From: Octopus sinensis
Taxonomy: Eukaryota
Length of the DNA stretch: 64,000 nt
NCBI RefSeq assembly: GCF_006345805.1
Contig: NC_043023.1
Coordinates: 4,402,001 to 4,466,000 of the forward strand
Direction of reading: 5' to 3'
Under the pieces are notes generated by a model, which saw only the letters and a list, made by a program, of their open reading frames with translations, was not told the DNA's origin and did not search any database. Every line of letters starts with the position of its first letter. Position 1 is the first letter of the stretch. Positions 1-12,650 of the stretch are shown piece after piece. A program made the translations under genes and the position numbers.

Positions 1-199
1 TCCTCTGAGAAAGGAAATAACCATCTAGTGGAAGATATTGGCGGCTCAAGGCCAGGGACCGCACCTGGTTCCATAGTCTGCTTTGGCTTCGTTTCTACGG
101 TTAGATACCCTTCCTAACACCAATCATTTCACTGGGTGTTTTTTACGTGGCATCTTGGTTTTAGGAATTTCAATTGTTTTCGGCAGGCCTTGAGTCACA

Positions 200-640
200 T
201 CTGTCATCTTCTTCATAAAGCTCAGTGTTTGAGATCAGTTTTCAGGAAGGTGGGGATACTGGTAATATCTACGCATGCAAACAGACGATTGTGTTGAGCG
301 ATAATAAGATTGGAGTAAAGGTAAAGTTTAAAATGAGGCATGTCACTTCAAGAAAGTGGTCCTGTTTTGAACGTCAGGTTTCGACTTTGTCCTCCGGAGC
401 ACAGTCTATTTATATTGTGGACAACACTTTTGATGTGATGGTGCCGCGACCCAAATGCAGCTTTTTCGAATGACTCGCCCCAATTCAATGTAAATGGGCA
501 TTGTGGTGATAGTGTAGTAGCATAAACGACAGCAAGATAATAGGGGGAAAATGAGTGTATACAAGCGGCCGAAATGGGGTTTCTGAAGGATCTCTGGAGT
601 AATGTTACATGACAGAGTATGTAGCGCGGTCTCTGCATTA
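200..640 (-). mobile_element. Degenerate 3' fragment of an L1/Tx1-like LINE
   Basis: Broken minus-strand frames (…VDIASPTVLL…) resemble the C-terminus of Tx1-type ORF2. Heavily decayed, recognised by eye only. Confidence 0.3.
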
Positions 641-1080
641 AGAAAGAGGCCACAGGTCCGGTACTTCGGACAAACTAACCGACAGGAGACCTAGGGGTAG
701 AACGAGATGGTTGGATAATGTGTTCTGGTAATCCAACTGGAGATGTTTGGTATGGATACGATACCTGAGAACTCTACCCCCACGACTCTACCAAGAGTAG
801 TGGACGGAAACTTGTGTATAGTAGGGTGTGTGCATGGGAGAATAGTTAACTGTAGATAATGGTTTCAATTGTTGATAAAAGGGCCAACAATTTCGGGAGA
901 GAAGCGAAGTCGTTTATATCGCTCACTAATTCTAAATTGGTACTTAATTTACTGATCCCGAAAGGCTAAGTGGGCCATGGCGAAATTTGAACTAAACGTG
1001 AAGACGAACGAAATGCCGCTAAGTATTTTGCGCGGCGTACTCATGATTCTGCCAGCTCACCGCCTTAACACACTCTAGAC

Positions 1081-1284
1081 CAGTGATTCCCAAGGTGGGG
1101 CGTACGCCCCACTGGTGGGGCCTGAGAAAATTCAGGTGGGGCGCGGGGCATAGACGTGGGCTGTGAAAATATTTGTACATGACGAGCGGTACTTGTAAAT
1201 GTGAGTGGACATGGGAAAAGGTGGGGCGTAAAAACTTTTGCTATGAAAAAGTGGGGCGCCGGGAAAAAAGGTTGGGAAACACTG
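1081..1284. mobile_element. hAT (Charlie-type) MITE
   Basis: Imperfect TIRs CAGTGATTCCCAA…TTGGGAAACACTG, flanked by a perfect 8-bp TSD CTCTAGAC (1073-1080 and 1285-1292). Confidence 0.9.
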
Positions 1285-2282
1285 CTCTAGACAGTGACAT
1301 AACAGGATGTTTGGTTCCATGGTCGATTAAAGTGTTCCAGTTTGTGGTCATTTCGTCCATTATTCAATTACTATCACGGGTGTCTGTGTTTTTTGAAAAA
1401 CCTACTGAATGTGATTTTGAGGGGGATTTGTCTTATTTCTAGCAAGTGAAGCAACAAACCTAGTGGGGCACCCGTTATTAGGGTTACGGAGACAAAACAA
1501 ATATACTTTCAGCCAGCAGTTTCGCATCGTAGCCCGTTTCGCTTGTTAACTTTTAATGGTCGCTACCAGCCTTTAAATGCGTGAAGCTCAGTTTCTCTGT
1601 TGTTGGGCCGAGAAAGCCTATGGTGAAAGGCATTTCAGCTATGACCATCATGCTTTTCCCTTGGTGCAGTGCTTTTGGGATCGCATTGTTTGGTATGTTC
1701 TTTACTAAGACAGTAGTGTGATTTGAAGGTGCTATAGTTATTTCTAGCAAGTTGTAGAGGCTCTCGTTGGCTCGTGTATATAAGATGGTTGGATGCAGTA
1801 AACTGATGTCTGGCTGAGTAACTGCGACTCTGTTTCCATTTCCAGCGGTATTGATCGTACTTTAGCGTCAGGGTTTGACTCGTTTCTGTGCAAGTATCAT
1901 TATTGCTGCAACGATAACTATTTTTTGAGAGGTTTCGAATCGTGCTTAGTTCAATTGATCGGTCCCTCCTTCCAAATCTGATTTTCTATCTACGATAGAA
2001 ATTAGTTACTGAGGTGGTGGCGGCTAATATTGTATATACTTTCTCCTCAATCCCGATAGGTCACTACTGATCTGTCTCTGGTAACAGAAATCTGCGGCAC
2101 CCAGTTTATATGGTCCCACGAATGTGAAAGTGCTTATCCTTACAGTAGATGTTTTCCCGACAGGTGTGGCCATTGGGCCCCATTTGTGCAGCACCTTTTG
2201 GTACGTTTTTTGCCATAGCCTCGGACCGACTAGTCATGTGAATAGATTTGTTAGGCGGAAACTGGTAGCAGCAAATGAGTAG

Positions 2283-2460
2283 TACTTTTGTATTTCAAAG
2301 GGCCAATCATGTCGCATTCTGTGTGACGCTGAATCTCCTTGAGAACTTCTTTAAGGACACGCGTCTGTGGAGTGCTCAGTCATTTGCGCGTTAATTTCAC
2401 GAGCTGGCTGTTCCTTCTTCAAATCAACTGGAGCTCTAGTCGCCGTAACCGACGGAGTGC
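2283..2460 (+). mobile_element. 3' part of tRNA-derived SINE (same family as 15957-16250)
   Basis: Shares 'gagaactacgttaagggtacacgtgtctgtggagtgctcagccatttgcacgttaatttcacgagc'-like body with the full copy. Confidence 0.75.
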
Positions 2461-2949
2461 CAATACTAATATATATATATAGCGTCTCTTTTTGTTTGTC
2501 CCTCACCACGCTTGGCAACCGGTGTTGGTTAGTTTGCGTTCCCGTAACTTGGCGGTTCGGCAAAAGAATAAATACGGGGATCTGGTTCATTCGACGAAAC
2601 CCCCACGAGGTGGTGCCACATCCCCAGCATGGCCACAGTCCAAAGATTGAAATAAGTGAGCGATAAGATTACAAAATGAAACTAGATTAAACGTGTACAG
2701 CGTACCACCGATCAGTTAGATATTAACCGAGGATCCGGTGTGACGTCATTTCGTTGGATCCACAAAATATTTTGCTTGGAATGTTAGTAGTAGGTATAAG
2801 CGTGATTGTGATAAGTGCTTTCCAGCAACATTGTTACGGATTCTGTCCTTCAGCCCTAAGCACCTTGGTCAAATGCTTTCCCCTTTAGCTCCGGGCTGAT
2901 CAAAGCATTGTGAATGGATATTTACCTGACAGAAAATGAAAGAAGCTCG

Positions 2950-2950
<1 letters not shown>

Positions 2951-2985
<35 letters not shown>
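2951..2985. repeat. (TG)n microsatellite
   Basis: Pure TG run. Confidence 0.95.
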
Positions 2986-2987
<2 letters not shown>

Positions 2988-3119
2988 ACTTGATAGTTGT
3001 AAATGAATTTCACTAGCACCGAAATATCTGGCGCCTCAAGACTCATCCTCAGCAGAAGTGTTAATGCCACTTCCACTGGTAAAGATGATTGCCGTGCAAG
3101 AGCCCTGTGCCGGTTACAC

Positions 3120-3255
3120 TTAAAATGCACCCACTACTACACTCTGTAATGTGGTTGGCATTAGGGATGGCATCCAGCCTTAGAAACCAAGTCGTACCGG
3201 TGTAGCTCTGCTCAAACTGCCCCATGCCAGCATGGAAAACGGATGTTAAATGATA
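3120..3255 (+). mobile_element. SINE/LINE-tail repeat, family A
   Basis: Motif 'gtggttggcattaggga.ggcatccagc…catggaaaacggatgttaaatgat', repeated many times in the window. Confidence 0.75.
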
Positions 3256-4694
3256 ATCAGTATCATTAATTTCCACTTCTCTGCGAGAACGTTTGACAAT
3301 AGAGAAATTTATTAACCGGTCATAGACCTGCCTTAATAAATTCTGTCCGACCCGTGCAAGGGCGGAAAGGTGGAATCAAATGATTAACGGTAAAAATACA
3401 CGAGATGCAAGGAACTTTCTTTACGTTGGTGTTCAAAATCCTTCACAGAGGCAAAGCAAAGCAAGGCAAGCTAAGCCATAACAGGCGATGTCAGCCTCCC
3501 ACTTCGGCCTCGCTCGCTGTGGTTAGGACATTCAGCCTTGGAACCTTTGCCTGTCCTATGTATCACACATGATACATAGGACATATTTCTCTGGCATCCA
3601 TGCATCATATATGACACACATCCCCAATTTTTTCTTTCAACTACTTAAAGCTTTATTATTACTCAACATACAAAACTAAACAAGCATGGATGTTTATGGA
3701 AAACTTAGACAAGGCGAAGGATTAAAATTATTTTGGAATACAAAAAAAAAGGGTCGATTTTTGCCTTTTTCGATCCGAAAGGGTCGGTACCAGTCCAATA
3801 CTGGGATCGTAATCCCCTCTCTAAGATTGCCGGTCCAATGTCAGAATTAGAACTAGTCGGACGATTAGCACTACCAGTTATTTTGTGTTGGGATTGCTAA
3901 CCTTAAATGCATAATTTCCATTTCAGTTTCTTATTTTTATCTTAATGTGAAGTAAACCATGCTAAGTATGGAACCGAGTCAGACATCTATCTCATAATTC
4001 AGCCTAGTTGGACCAGATACTTAATTCCATATCAGATCAGTTGTCCGAATATGTGTATCGATAATAGATTTTTTATTTCGTTTGATATAGTTGAAGCATA
4101 AAATATAGGCTCTTCCTCTCACATTGTATTTCTATGGCCTATTTCTAATGTGTATAGTTTGACATGCTGTTTAGGTGTCCCCTGCATTTGTCATAATAAA
4201 ACCGACCTATTTACTTTGATAAAAGGCTTTCCGGTTGCGACCACATTGCTCAAATAGTATTAGGGAGGTTTTTGGTAGCTGTTTCTAGTAGGTCTAGTTA
4301 CTGCGTAGTGGCTATTGATCATTTGCTGAGGAGTAGAGAGAGAGAGAGAGAAAGGTATCAAGGGTGAAGGATAGAGGAAGTGGTAAGAGCGGGGAACATG
4401 AGTAGAGGGCATTACCTGTGTAAAATAGGTAGGGAGGGGTATGTTAGTGTTGGTTAAAGGAAGGGGAGGAGAGTAACTGAGGCAAGTTGCTATGACGTAT
4501 GCGGTGGTAGTAGGAAGAGGAATCAGATACAAGTGGTTGGAGAAAGGTTGCGTGGTAGTATAAGTAATACGTTGGAGGAGGAGGGGGACTATTGACTGTT
4601 ACTTGCTGTGTGTAGGTGTGATCTACGTGGGTATGAGTTCAATTTGTACCTGGAAATTGCTAGTTTAGTTAGGTGACAGAACTATTCTGTCTGT

Positions 4695-4990
4695 CATTAC
4701 TGGATTAGGAATGGATGCTGGGGTAAATGCTTATCGGTATTCTGTCCCCCTCCATATTTACACATACGTACACATATGTGTTGTGTGTGTATAGTCATCA
4801 CTGGATTAGGAATGTATGGGTGGAGGGTGGGGAGAATACTTAGCGGAATTTTTTTCCCCACCTCCATATTTACATATACGCGTCGTGTGTGTGTATAGTC
4901 ATCACTGGATTAGGAGTGGATGGCGGGGTAAATACTTAGCGGAATTTTGTCTCCCTCCATATTTACATATACGCGTCGTATGTGTGTATA
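4695..4990. repeat. Tandem repeat, about 100-bp unit, 3 copies
   Basis: Repeated 'gtcat(c/t)actggattagga…ccctccatatttaca(t/c)atacg'. Confidence 0.85.
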
Positions 4991-5519
4991 ATTATATATG
5001 CAAAACTATTTTTATCCTTGTAAGTAGTATGAAGTCCAACATTGCCCAGCTAGACTGCATTTATTTTTGCATTAAAAAAAATGTTAACATGTCGTTTGAG
5101 GGAACTTTGGCTGTTATTTCTACTGTAGGTGCTACACGTAGAAAGCTCGCTCAGTGATGGTGGTGTTGATGTTAATACATGTTAATTCCGATCCACCAGT
5201 TCCTATTAATTAGGAGCCTGTGACGATCAAAAAGAGGGCTAACAATTTGCCATGTCTAATACATTAAACTGCTTTTAAATTTGCCCTGCATCATGGCGTA
5301 GAATTATTATGTAAATTCTATATCTTCTACTTTATTAATAGAGGAAGGGTATTGTGATCATCGTTATAGTTACTACAGCTCCACCATGATTTACGTGTAT
5401 TTATCTTTTTAAAGTCAGGTTTGGTTCGACTGTCAAACTACAACATAGAACTAAATTTAAATGGCCGATTGTGGTGGTTTTAACCTTCCATATGTTACGC
5501 CAAATGACGCTGAGTAACA

Positions 5520-5950
5520 AGAGACTACATCGGTTTATGTGTATAAATGTATACGTTAGTTTTTAAACCTCGTTTTCGAATGTATAACTGGCATCCATAT
5601 TTCTTTCTGTTATTGTTATTCGAATGACGGCTTGTAAAGTTTATGCCACTAAAGTTTATACGCGTGTATAACAAAGTATACTTTATTTCTGTAACCGTTA
5701 TTTTCAATCGAGTTGCTTTCTTTTACCTATTTAAAACCCCAGAGCCTTGTATAACGGAGGTTGCACATGGGTGCCACCTGGCGGATAAAACATTACACGA
5801 ATTATGCCCCTTGATTTGTACATTACCTTCTGTCATTTTTCCTTTTATAACTAATTTCCTATTTGATGTTCGTAAAATCGAATTTGTTTTAAGCTTCAAT
5901 CTCGTTTCCACTTGATTAGCATGTCTCGTACGCCCTACAGATCAGATTAA
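5520..5950 (-). mobile_element. Decayed Penelope-like element remnant
   Basis: Minus frames loosely resemble a PLE GIY-YIG region. A hammerhead-like remnant lies at 5914-5950. Confidence 0.35.
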
Positions 5951-7588
5951 CTTCGTTATAGTCATCGACTTGTATTGCTCGGGGTGCCCGCTGTACATTG
6001 TTGAAAAATTCTCACATGTGCCCTTATTAAGTCGGACATTTTCCATCACTTTTTACCCACTGTTCATAGAATCACTATGAAATGAACTTTTCAGGTAACT
6101 ATGATTCTACGAACGTCAAATAGGAAATTACCTAATTTTACTGTCAACACATACATAACATCTTACGTGGTCATATTTATTGTAGTTTCAGCTCAGTGTT
6201 GAATTGACAATGTAATTGAAGATGTAAGCCTCAAGCCTGCTTTGTTTCAGGACAATAGTGTATTTTGGACTGTATTATCCAATATCCTCTTATGACTGGT
6301 GAGGGTTGACTGGAGGGAAATCTGGTTATTTCAAGTACGTAGTGAACAGCGCCCAAAGTTCTCCCTCTAGACAGCGGTTCATTTTTTTGCCCGTTAATTC
6401 GTATTTTGCTCTCGTCGACCCTAAACATTCATTGCTTAAAGTAGTCCCATTATAATTTTATAACTAAAATTTAAAACATTTTGAATTGGAAAAGTAAGCA
6501 GCAAAATCTTATATGGACCTCAGTTAAGAATCGCTGCTAGAGAGAGAGAACGTGTGTGGGTGGGTGACTGGATGCGCACGTGCGTTTGTGGAGTCAGGAC
6601 CTCCATCACTTTCCCACGGGAAATTGATGGGGGCACTGCCCTTTAATTCCAGACTCGACAAAACTTTCTGTAGGCCATTCGGGACTAGATAGATTGCTTC
6701 CTATTTATTATGATTATGAAGGCGGCGAACTGGTAGAATAGTACTCCGGCCAAAATGCCAAGCAGCATTTCGTTCGTCTTTCAGTTCAAAATCCGCCCTG
6801 AAGTCAATTTTACATTTCATCCTTTCGGGGTCGATGAAATAAGAGCCAATTCAACACCAAGGTCGATGTAATCGACTTGACCATTCCCAAAGTTACTTGT
6901 ACATAAATTTAGGACCGTTATTACATAACAATTACGGAAAAGGTGAGCCTGTTTCAACAAGAACCACAAGGCCCTTTACACGCTTAAAAGCTAATTCGTC
7001 TTTGCCCAGTATTCCTGGGCGGGTTGTGGCAGTAGTCCTCATGCACCTCATCCATAGGGTCCTACGAGAAGCAACTGTCAGATTTTCCGGCTGGGTTCTC
7101 AAGCGTGATCAACTGGGACCATGAATATTATCCAATCATTTCATTCGTGATTTGAAGAATCCATTTTTGTGATTTTCCTGTCACTTTAACTCGCATGTCC
7201 GCAATACCAGACCTGTGACGAGAAGTAGTGACTCGACCGGAAGAGAGACTCGGGTCTCTGAACATGTTTAGTTCAGGATCAGCTGCGATCGAGTTGACCT
7301 ACTATCAGATACATTTCCACTTGTGAGCATTGTCATTTTCTTGCATGCAGGAAGTACGTTAACCAGTGTTTTCCTTTATCAAGACGGTGGTTGGTTGTAA
7401 GTTCAAGATTAGCTGCTGTTTCTAGCAGGTGGAGCGACCACGTAGCTCCCTTGGCTAGCTTACTTTATTTGATGGCATTTGATACTCCCCCCCCCCATCC
7501 TGCGCCAAGCAGACTTCCAAACGAAAAAAAAAGAAGAAAAAAACTTTTTTGCGGCCTGCTTCTCGAAAAAGGTTGCCACGAATCCGAG

Positions 7589-7970
7589 CCATTAAAAAAA
7601 TTGGGTTATCTCCCCACTAAAAAAAAAATCGAGTTATGTGGCAACAAGAGATTGGATTAAAAAATCTTTTTGATTCACTACTTCAACACATTGTTGACGT
7701 TTATATTTCAGATCAGTAAAATGCTTAATTTTTTCAGTTTCTATGTTTATTAATTTTTTTCGTTTTCATGTTAATTAATTTTCTTCAGTTTTGTATGAAT
7801 TGTTATAAAAATATTACCACATTCAAAACGATGTTCATTTTATGTTGCTTTATCCCCCCCCTCCCATTTTTTTTTATTGAGGGTTAAACAATCTTTTTAG
7901 TTGGAGATAACCAATCGTACCGATATTTCTCGTTAAACGGGGGTGGGGAGATAACCCAATTTTTTAATGG
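7589..7970. mobile_element. MITE-like core with about 28-bp TIRs, inside a larger hAT remnant
   Basis: CCATTAAAAAAATTGGGTTATCTCCCCAC (7589-7617) is inverted at 7943-7970. Outer inverted arms 'gcttctcgaaaa.ggtt' lie at about 7550-7590 and 8010-8045. Confidence 0.8.
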
Positions 7971-8219
7971 AGGTGAGATAACCAAATAGTACCGACTTGG
8001 GTCATGACTCGGAGTTGTAACCGTTTTCGAGAAGCGGGCCGGCCGCTTATTATTAGGTTAGCCGCACTGCGAAGAAGTAATTTTTCTTTAGGAGTACCAT
8101 TCTGAAATTCCCGTGGGCCGCAATTTGCCTGTGACATCTGAACTGAAGGCTTCGACTTTATTTTTAGTCCAGGAGTCACCAAACTACAGTCCGCTGCTGC
8201 TCTACCTTTTGTGTAAGTA

Positions 8220-8429
8220 GCTGCATTTGCATCTGGTATGGCATCAGTGTTTGGAACGACTTAAGTTTGTGAGCAAACATTTTCAAAAATGAAGTATGTG
8301 GAGTCAGCACATCGAACGAGGTTGACTGATGAACATTTGAAAGCAATTCTCTTGGTTGGATGCAGCAATTTCAAAGCAAATATTGATTATATCTTAATAG
8401 CTAAGCACCAGTTTCACAAATCTCACTAA
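8220..8429 (+). pseudogene. hAT transposase C-terminal (dimerisation domain) fragment, SPIN/GTF2IRD2-like
   Basis: Translates to AAFASGMASVFGTT*VCEQTFSKMKYVESAHRTRLTDEHLKAIL…HQFHKSH*, matching the hATC motif FGSTYxCEQxFSxMK…R.RLTD.HL. One internal stop. Confidence 0.85.
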
Positions 8430-8519
8430 CCTTTTTTTGCTGTTTAGTTTGTGTGCGCACTGGGTGTGATTGATAACATTTTAGGAAATCTGTTGGTTGT
8501 CTTTATTTTATAGTGTATC

Positions 8520-8990
8520 CATTCACGGTATTGTATTGAACAAAATGCTTGTGCGACCCGCGCTCGTCATTATCTCGGGTATCTGACCCGCTGTGAAAAA
8601 GGTTTGGTGACTCCTGATATAGTCTGGCTACGAATTCTTCCTTCATAGGCCGCAGAGCGCAGTCTATGCAAGTTTCGAACTCGTGACATTGTGTTTGTGT
8701 CAGGACCACAATTGCTTAGTCTCAAATGAATTCTGATCCAGTTGATAGACGTACGATCGAAGACATTCTTTCCGTGACCCATCTCATGCAGTTAGAATTA
8801 GTGCATCTAAGATTACATTTGAGGTTTGAACAAGAATTGAGTGGTTACACAGAGACCCAGTTCCACTTGTTTGGTTCTCTTCAAGATCTATTATGGTCTA
8901 GTCATTCCAGTCATGTCCTTAGAGCCTTCTCATTTCTTTTATTTCGATGGAAGTATGATGAGTATTTTCAGCAAGTTGATCATCCGCTTT
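8520..8990 (-). pseudogene. Possible hAT transposase N-terminal fragment
   Basis: Frameshifted minus frames (DWND…LCNHSILV…NLR…QTFFTA) resemble the SPIN-type N-terminus. Weak. Confidence 0.3.
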
Positions 8991-9749
8991 GCATGACGTT
9001 CTAGTCGTGTCTGGGTAATTGGTTCCGCGACATGCAACCGAAATCGAAAAACATTTAAATAAATTTATTAGCTTATATCTGTTTTAATAAATTGTTTGTA
9101 CATATTATCAAAGGAAGTGTATATAATATTGATTAATTGAAAGTAAGCTCTTACATACTGTGTCAGGCTTAAGCATACTACTGCTACTGCTTCACTGTGC
9201 AAGTGCCTACCGTCTCTTGGGAGTCTTATTTTATCGATTTATCTCTAGATATTTAGCGCGCTCGTGTATGTATTTGCATGTGTGTGTAGATAGACCCGCA
9301 TAAATACATGCACACACACACTTGTCCTTGCGTATAGATTTCTCTTCTGTTTGCAAGTATCTAAATTTTCATCTTGTATGTGCGAAATTTAAACCATTGT
9401 ATGCAGGTTGCATTTTAATTTTCACCTGATACAGATGAACAATATATTTTATTTTAATGGAGTCACTCTCTTGCTGTCAAAATTTGCCTGAAGATCCTGT
9501 GCACCTACAGATGAAACCGAGAGTAGCAAGAGACCCCTCGAAGAAAAAAATACACACGCACCGAATAAGAAATATCTTTCCTATCCTCGTGTGGACCCCC
9601 TTCATTTTACTATATTGTGTGTTGACTTAGCTTTCTTTGAACTTGGTATAAACACTCCCACCCCGTTTGTGTGTATATATACACTCACGCCTCCTCTCCC
9701 CTCTCTCTGTCCTATATAACAACTATTACCAATTGTCCCGGCCTTGAGT

Positions 9750-9916
9750 GAACCACTTAACGCTCTTTCTCCTTACGAGTGAGAGAAAAAGGCGACGACC
9801 TACTTAATTCACATATTTGAGACCGGCAACCATTTTATAAAAAGCCAGTGTGATACCCACGTGTTGACTATTCCTGTTTTTTTTTACCAGTCGTCTTTAT
9901 ATATATATTCTCTCAG
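9750..9916 (+). promoter_or_regulatory. CNBP: Probable CNBP promoter and non-coding first exon
   Basis: CpG-containing unique region with pyrimidine tract CTCTTTCTCCTT (9763-9774), donor CAG|GTAATC at 9916/9917 and YY1-like CGCCATTTT (9922-9930). The coding ATG lies 1 nt after an acceptor, so an upstream non-coding exon is required. TSS position is not determinable. Confidence 0.45.
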
Positions 9917-10849
9917 GTAATCGCCATTTTATTTTCCTATTCCGTCTTTGTTTTTACACTTAGCTTTTTATGCGTACGTATTAGCTACCCAGATATACCC
10001 GAGCAACAAGGCCGTAGCCAAACGAAGACTTGTTTCAATCCAGTTTGTACTTGACTTTCTTCTCTATGATCACATTGTGATTCAGCAGATTGCTGTGGGT
10101 TTTTTAATATTTTAATTGCTATATTTTACACTGCGTACATTCAGTCTCTTTTTCTCTAAATATATTTGTGTGTATAATATATACACTTAATGCTGATTGT
10201 TGGGGAAAATAGTTCTCAGTACCATAGTAGATACATTTTTTTTATGGTTCGAGTCTGTCTCTTGTTACTGAGTTTCGCCTGTGGATGCCCGGGAGCAGAT
10301 TGCTATAACCCTGTGCCATCCACAGGCAAAAATCGGAGTAGCCAGCGATTGACTTACCAAATCTAATATATAACGTGCGCGCGCGGCTTGGTTCTGTTAT
10401 AGCCTCGATTGACCAATTTTGTAAACGGAAGCCCATCGTGTATATGTCTCACCACTGCTTTGTAATTAAACCGGTACTGGTTTGTTTACATTCCCGTAAC
10501 TCAACAGTCTGACGTAAATGGATAGAATAAGTACCACGCTTTATAGAATGTACTGAGGTCGATTGTTCAAGGCGGTGCCCCAACATGGCCGCAGGCCATT
10601 AGCTTAAAGAGGTAAAATGTGTACGTGTATATACAAAAAATAGTAATACCCTGTATTTTAATGCATATTGACGAGTGACAAATGCTGATATGGTAGTTAA
10701 AAAAATAAGGTAATAAAAACATTTTTATTGTAGTATAATAAATTGTGAAATATAGTTAATCTCTTAAATCCTGAGTTAAAATCTTGCCGTGGTCTACTGT
10801 GGGGAAAAAATTCCGCCCGTTTTCTCCCAAATTTTATTAAAAAAAAAAA

Positions 10850-11295
10850 AATTTTTTTTTTGCCAAAAACGGTTTCGGTTTAAGCATTTACACCCCCACC
10901 CCCGTAGTCGCACAACCCACATCCTATACCATCATTTTTTCCATAGCCTCTATAACCATAATTTTTTTTTTTGCCAAAAACGGTTTCGGTTTAAGCATTT
11001 ACACCCCCACCCCCGTAGTCGCACAACCCACATCCTATACCATCATTTTTTCCATAGCCTCTATAACCATAATTTTTTTTTTTTTTGCCAAAAACGGTTT
11101 CGGTTTAAGCATTTACACCCCCACCCCCGTAGTCGCACAACCCACATCCTATACCATCATTTTTTCCATGGCCTCTATAACCATAAATTTTTTTTTTGCC
11201 AAAAACGGTTTCGGTTTAGCATTTACACCCCCACCCCCGTAGTCGCACAACCCACATCCTATACAATCATTTTTTCCATGGCCTCTATAACCATA
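10850..11295. repeat. Near-perfect tandem array, 111-114-bp unit, 4 copies, inside a MITE-like element
   Basis: 'gccaaaaacggtttcggttta' starts at 10862, 10973, 11087 and 11198. Copies differ mainly in poly-T length. Confidence 0.95.
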
Positions 11296-11669
11296 TTCGA
11301 CGGAATTCTGATTTAAGTAACTCATAAATCCTCATTAACCTTTGGGGGAGGGAGGAATTTTCAGAAAACTTGATAATTTGTGTTCATACGATTAACGATG
11401 TGATTTAGCTGTTTTTAGCTCATCTCACGACCACCGGATACTCCCCCCCCCCGTTTTTTTTATCACTCTGACAATATTTTTCTCCCCATAAATGCATACT
11501 GGAATGATGATGCCACCAAGGGTTGCCCATTACTGAGATTTAAAAAATTCAGACACCGTATTTTAAAATCTGCTTTAAAAAAATTCGAATAAAACTTTTT
11601 GGACGTTGGAAGAGGGGGTGTAAATATTAAAATTAAAAAAAATTTAAGCATAACGAATTTCTCTCTCAT

Positions 11670-11830
11670 TTAACGTCCGTTTTCCATGCTCGCATGGGTT
11701 GGACAGTGACTGAAAACCGGTAAGCTGGGGACTGTACCAGTCTTCAATCTGATTTGGCATGGTTCCTACAGTTGGATGCCCTTCCTAACACCATCCACTC
11801 TGAGAGTGTAGTGGGTGCTCTTTACGAGGC
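11670..11830 (-). mobile_element. SINE family A copy
   Basis: Reverse complement of 'gagtggatggtgttaggaagggcatccaactgtag…catggaaaacggacgttaaatga'. Confidence 0.8.
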
Positions 11831-12309
11831 ACAGACATTGGCCGCGATTACGATCTATCTCACTTGGCTTGACCAAAGCACGGTATATTGCCGCACTCTG
11901 CTTCTGTGAATTACACAATTCGCAAAAATTTTCTGAAAATTTCTAAAAATAAGCAAGAGGGGTGGGGGATGCTTAAGACAACATTCTGTCAGTGGCCTCT
12001 TACTACTGAGAGGAATTTATCGCAGTAAATGGTCATTTATCCCCTGAAAGTAGTTACTGGAACATTTAGTTAGTAGTCGCAGAAATTGTAAATAAGTATA
12101 AGGGGAGCTAACTTATTGCTTCTACCGGGCGTCAGTTTATATCTGCACATGCAGCTGCTGAATATTAAAATACATGATTTATTCAAATAAGGAATATGTA
12201 GCTCCCTGATGTATGAAAAGGCGAGGCTGTTTTGGACAGTAATGCCTTTTGATGAGTCCTGAGCATCTTGGGTCTGGCAGCTGATGTTTTTCTAATATCT
12301 AGTTGAATA

Positions 12310-12650
12310 TTGTATGGCTGTGTGGTAAGAAACTTGCTTCCCAACCACATGGTTTCGGGTTCAGTCTCATTGTGTGGCACCTTGAGCAAGTATCTTCTAC
12401 CGTAATCTTGGTTTGACTAAAACTGGAGTGATTTTGGTAGATGGAAACAGAAAGAAGCCCATTGTATATGTTTGTCTTTGTGTCTGTCCTCTACCTTACT
12501 TGACAGCAGGTGTTCTTATGTTTCTGTAACTTGGCAGTTTGGCAAAAGACTGATAAAGTAGATACCTGGCTTAAAATATAGGTACTGGGGTAGATTCATT
12601 TGACAGAAAATTCTTCAAGGCCCCAACATAGCCAGTCTGACTGAAACAAG
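12310..12650 (+). mobile_element. tRNA-derived SINE family B copy
   Basis: 'ggctgtgtggtaagaaacttgcttcccaaccacatggtttcgggttcagt…gatggaaacagaaagaagccc'. Other copies at about 37470, 40180, 43890, 50080, 50600 and 61355. Confidence 0.8.

Noticed and set aside
4695-4990. Tandem C/D snoRNAs (box C GTGATGA)
   Set aside because: No box D or terminal stem, and it lies outside an evident host intron.
9724-9745. Similarity to miR-92 (TTGTCCCGGCCT)
   Set aside because: The seed does not match and no precursor hairpin is evident.
10789-11316. 175-aa ORF as a protein-coding gene
   Set aside because: It is entirely produced by the tandem repeat and poly-T/A runs.
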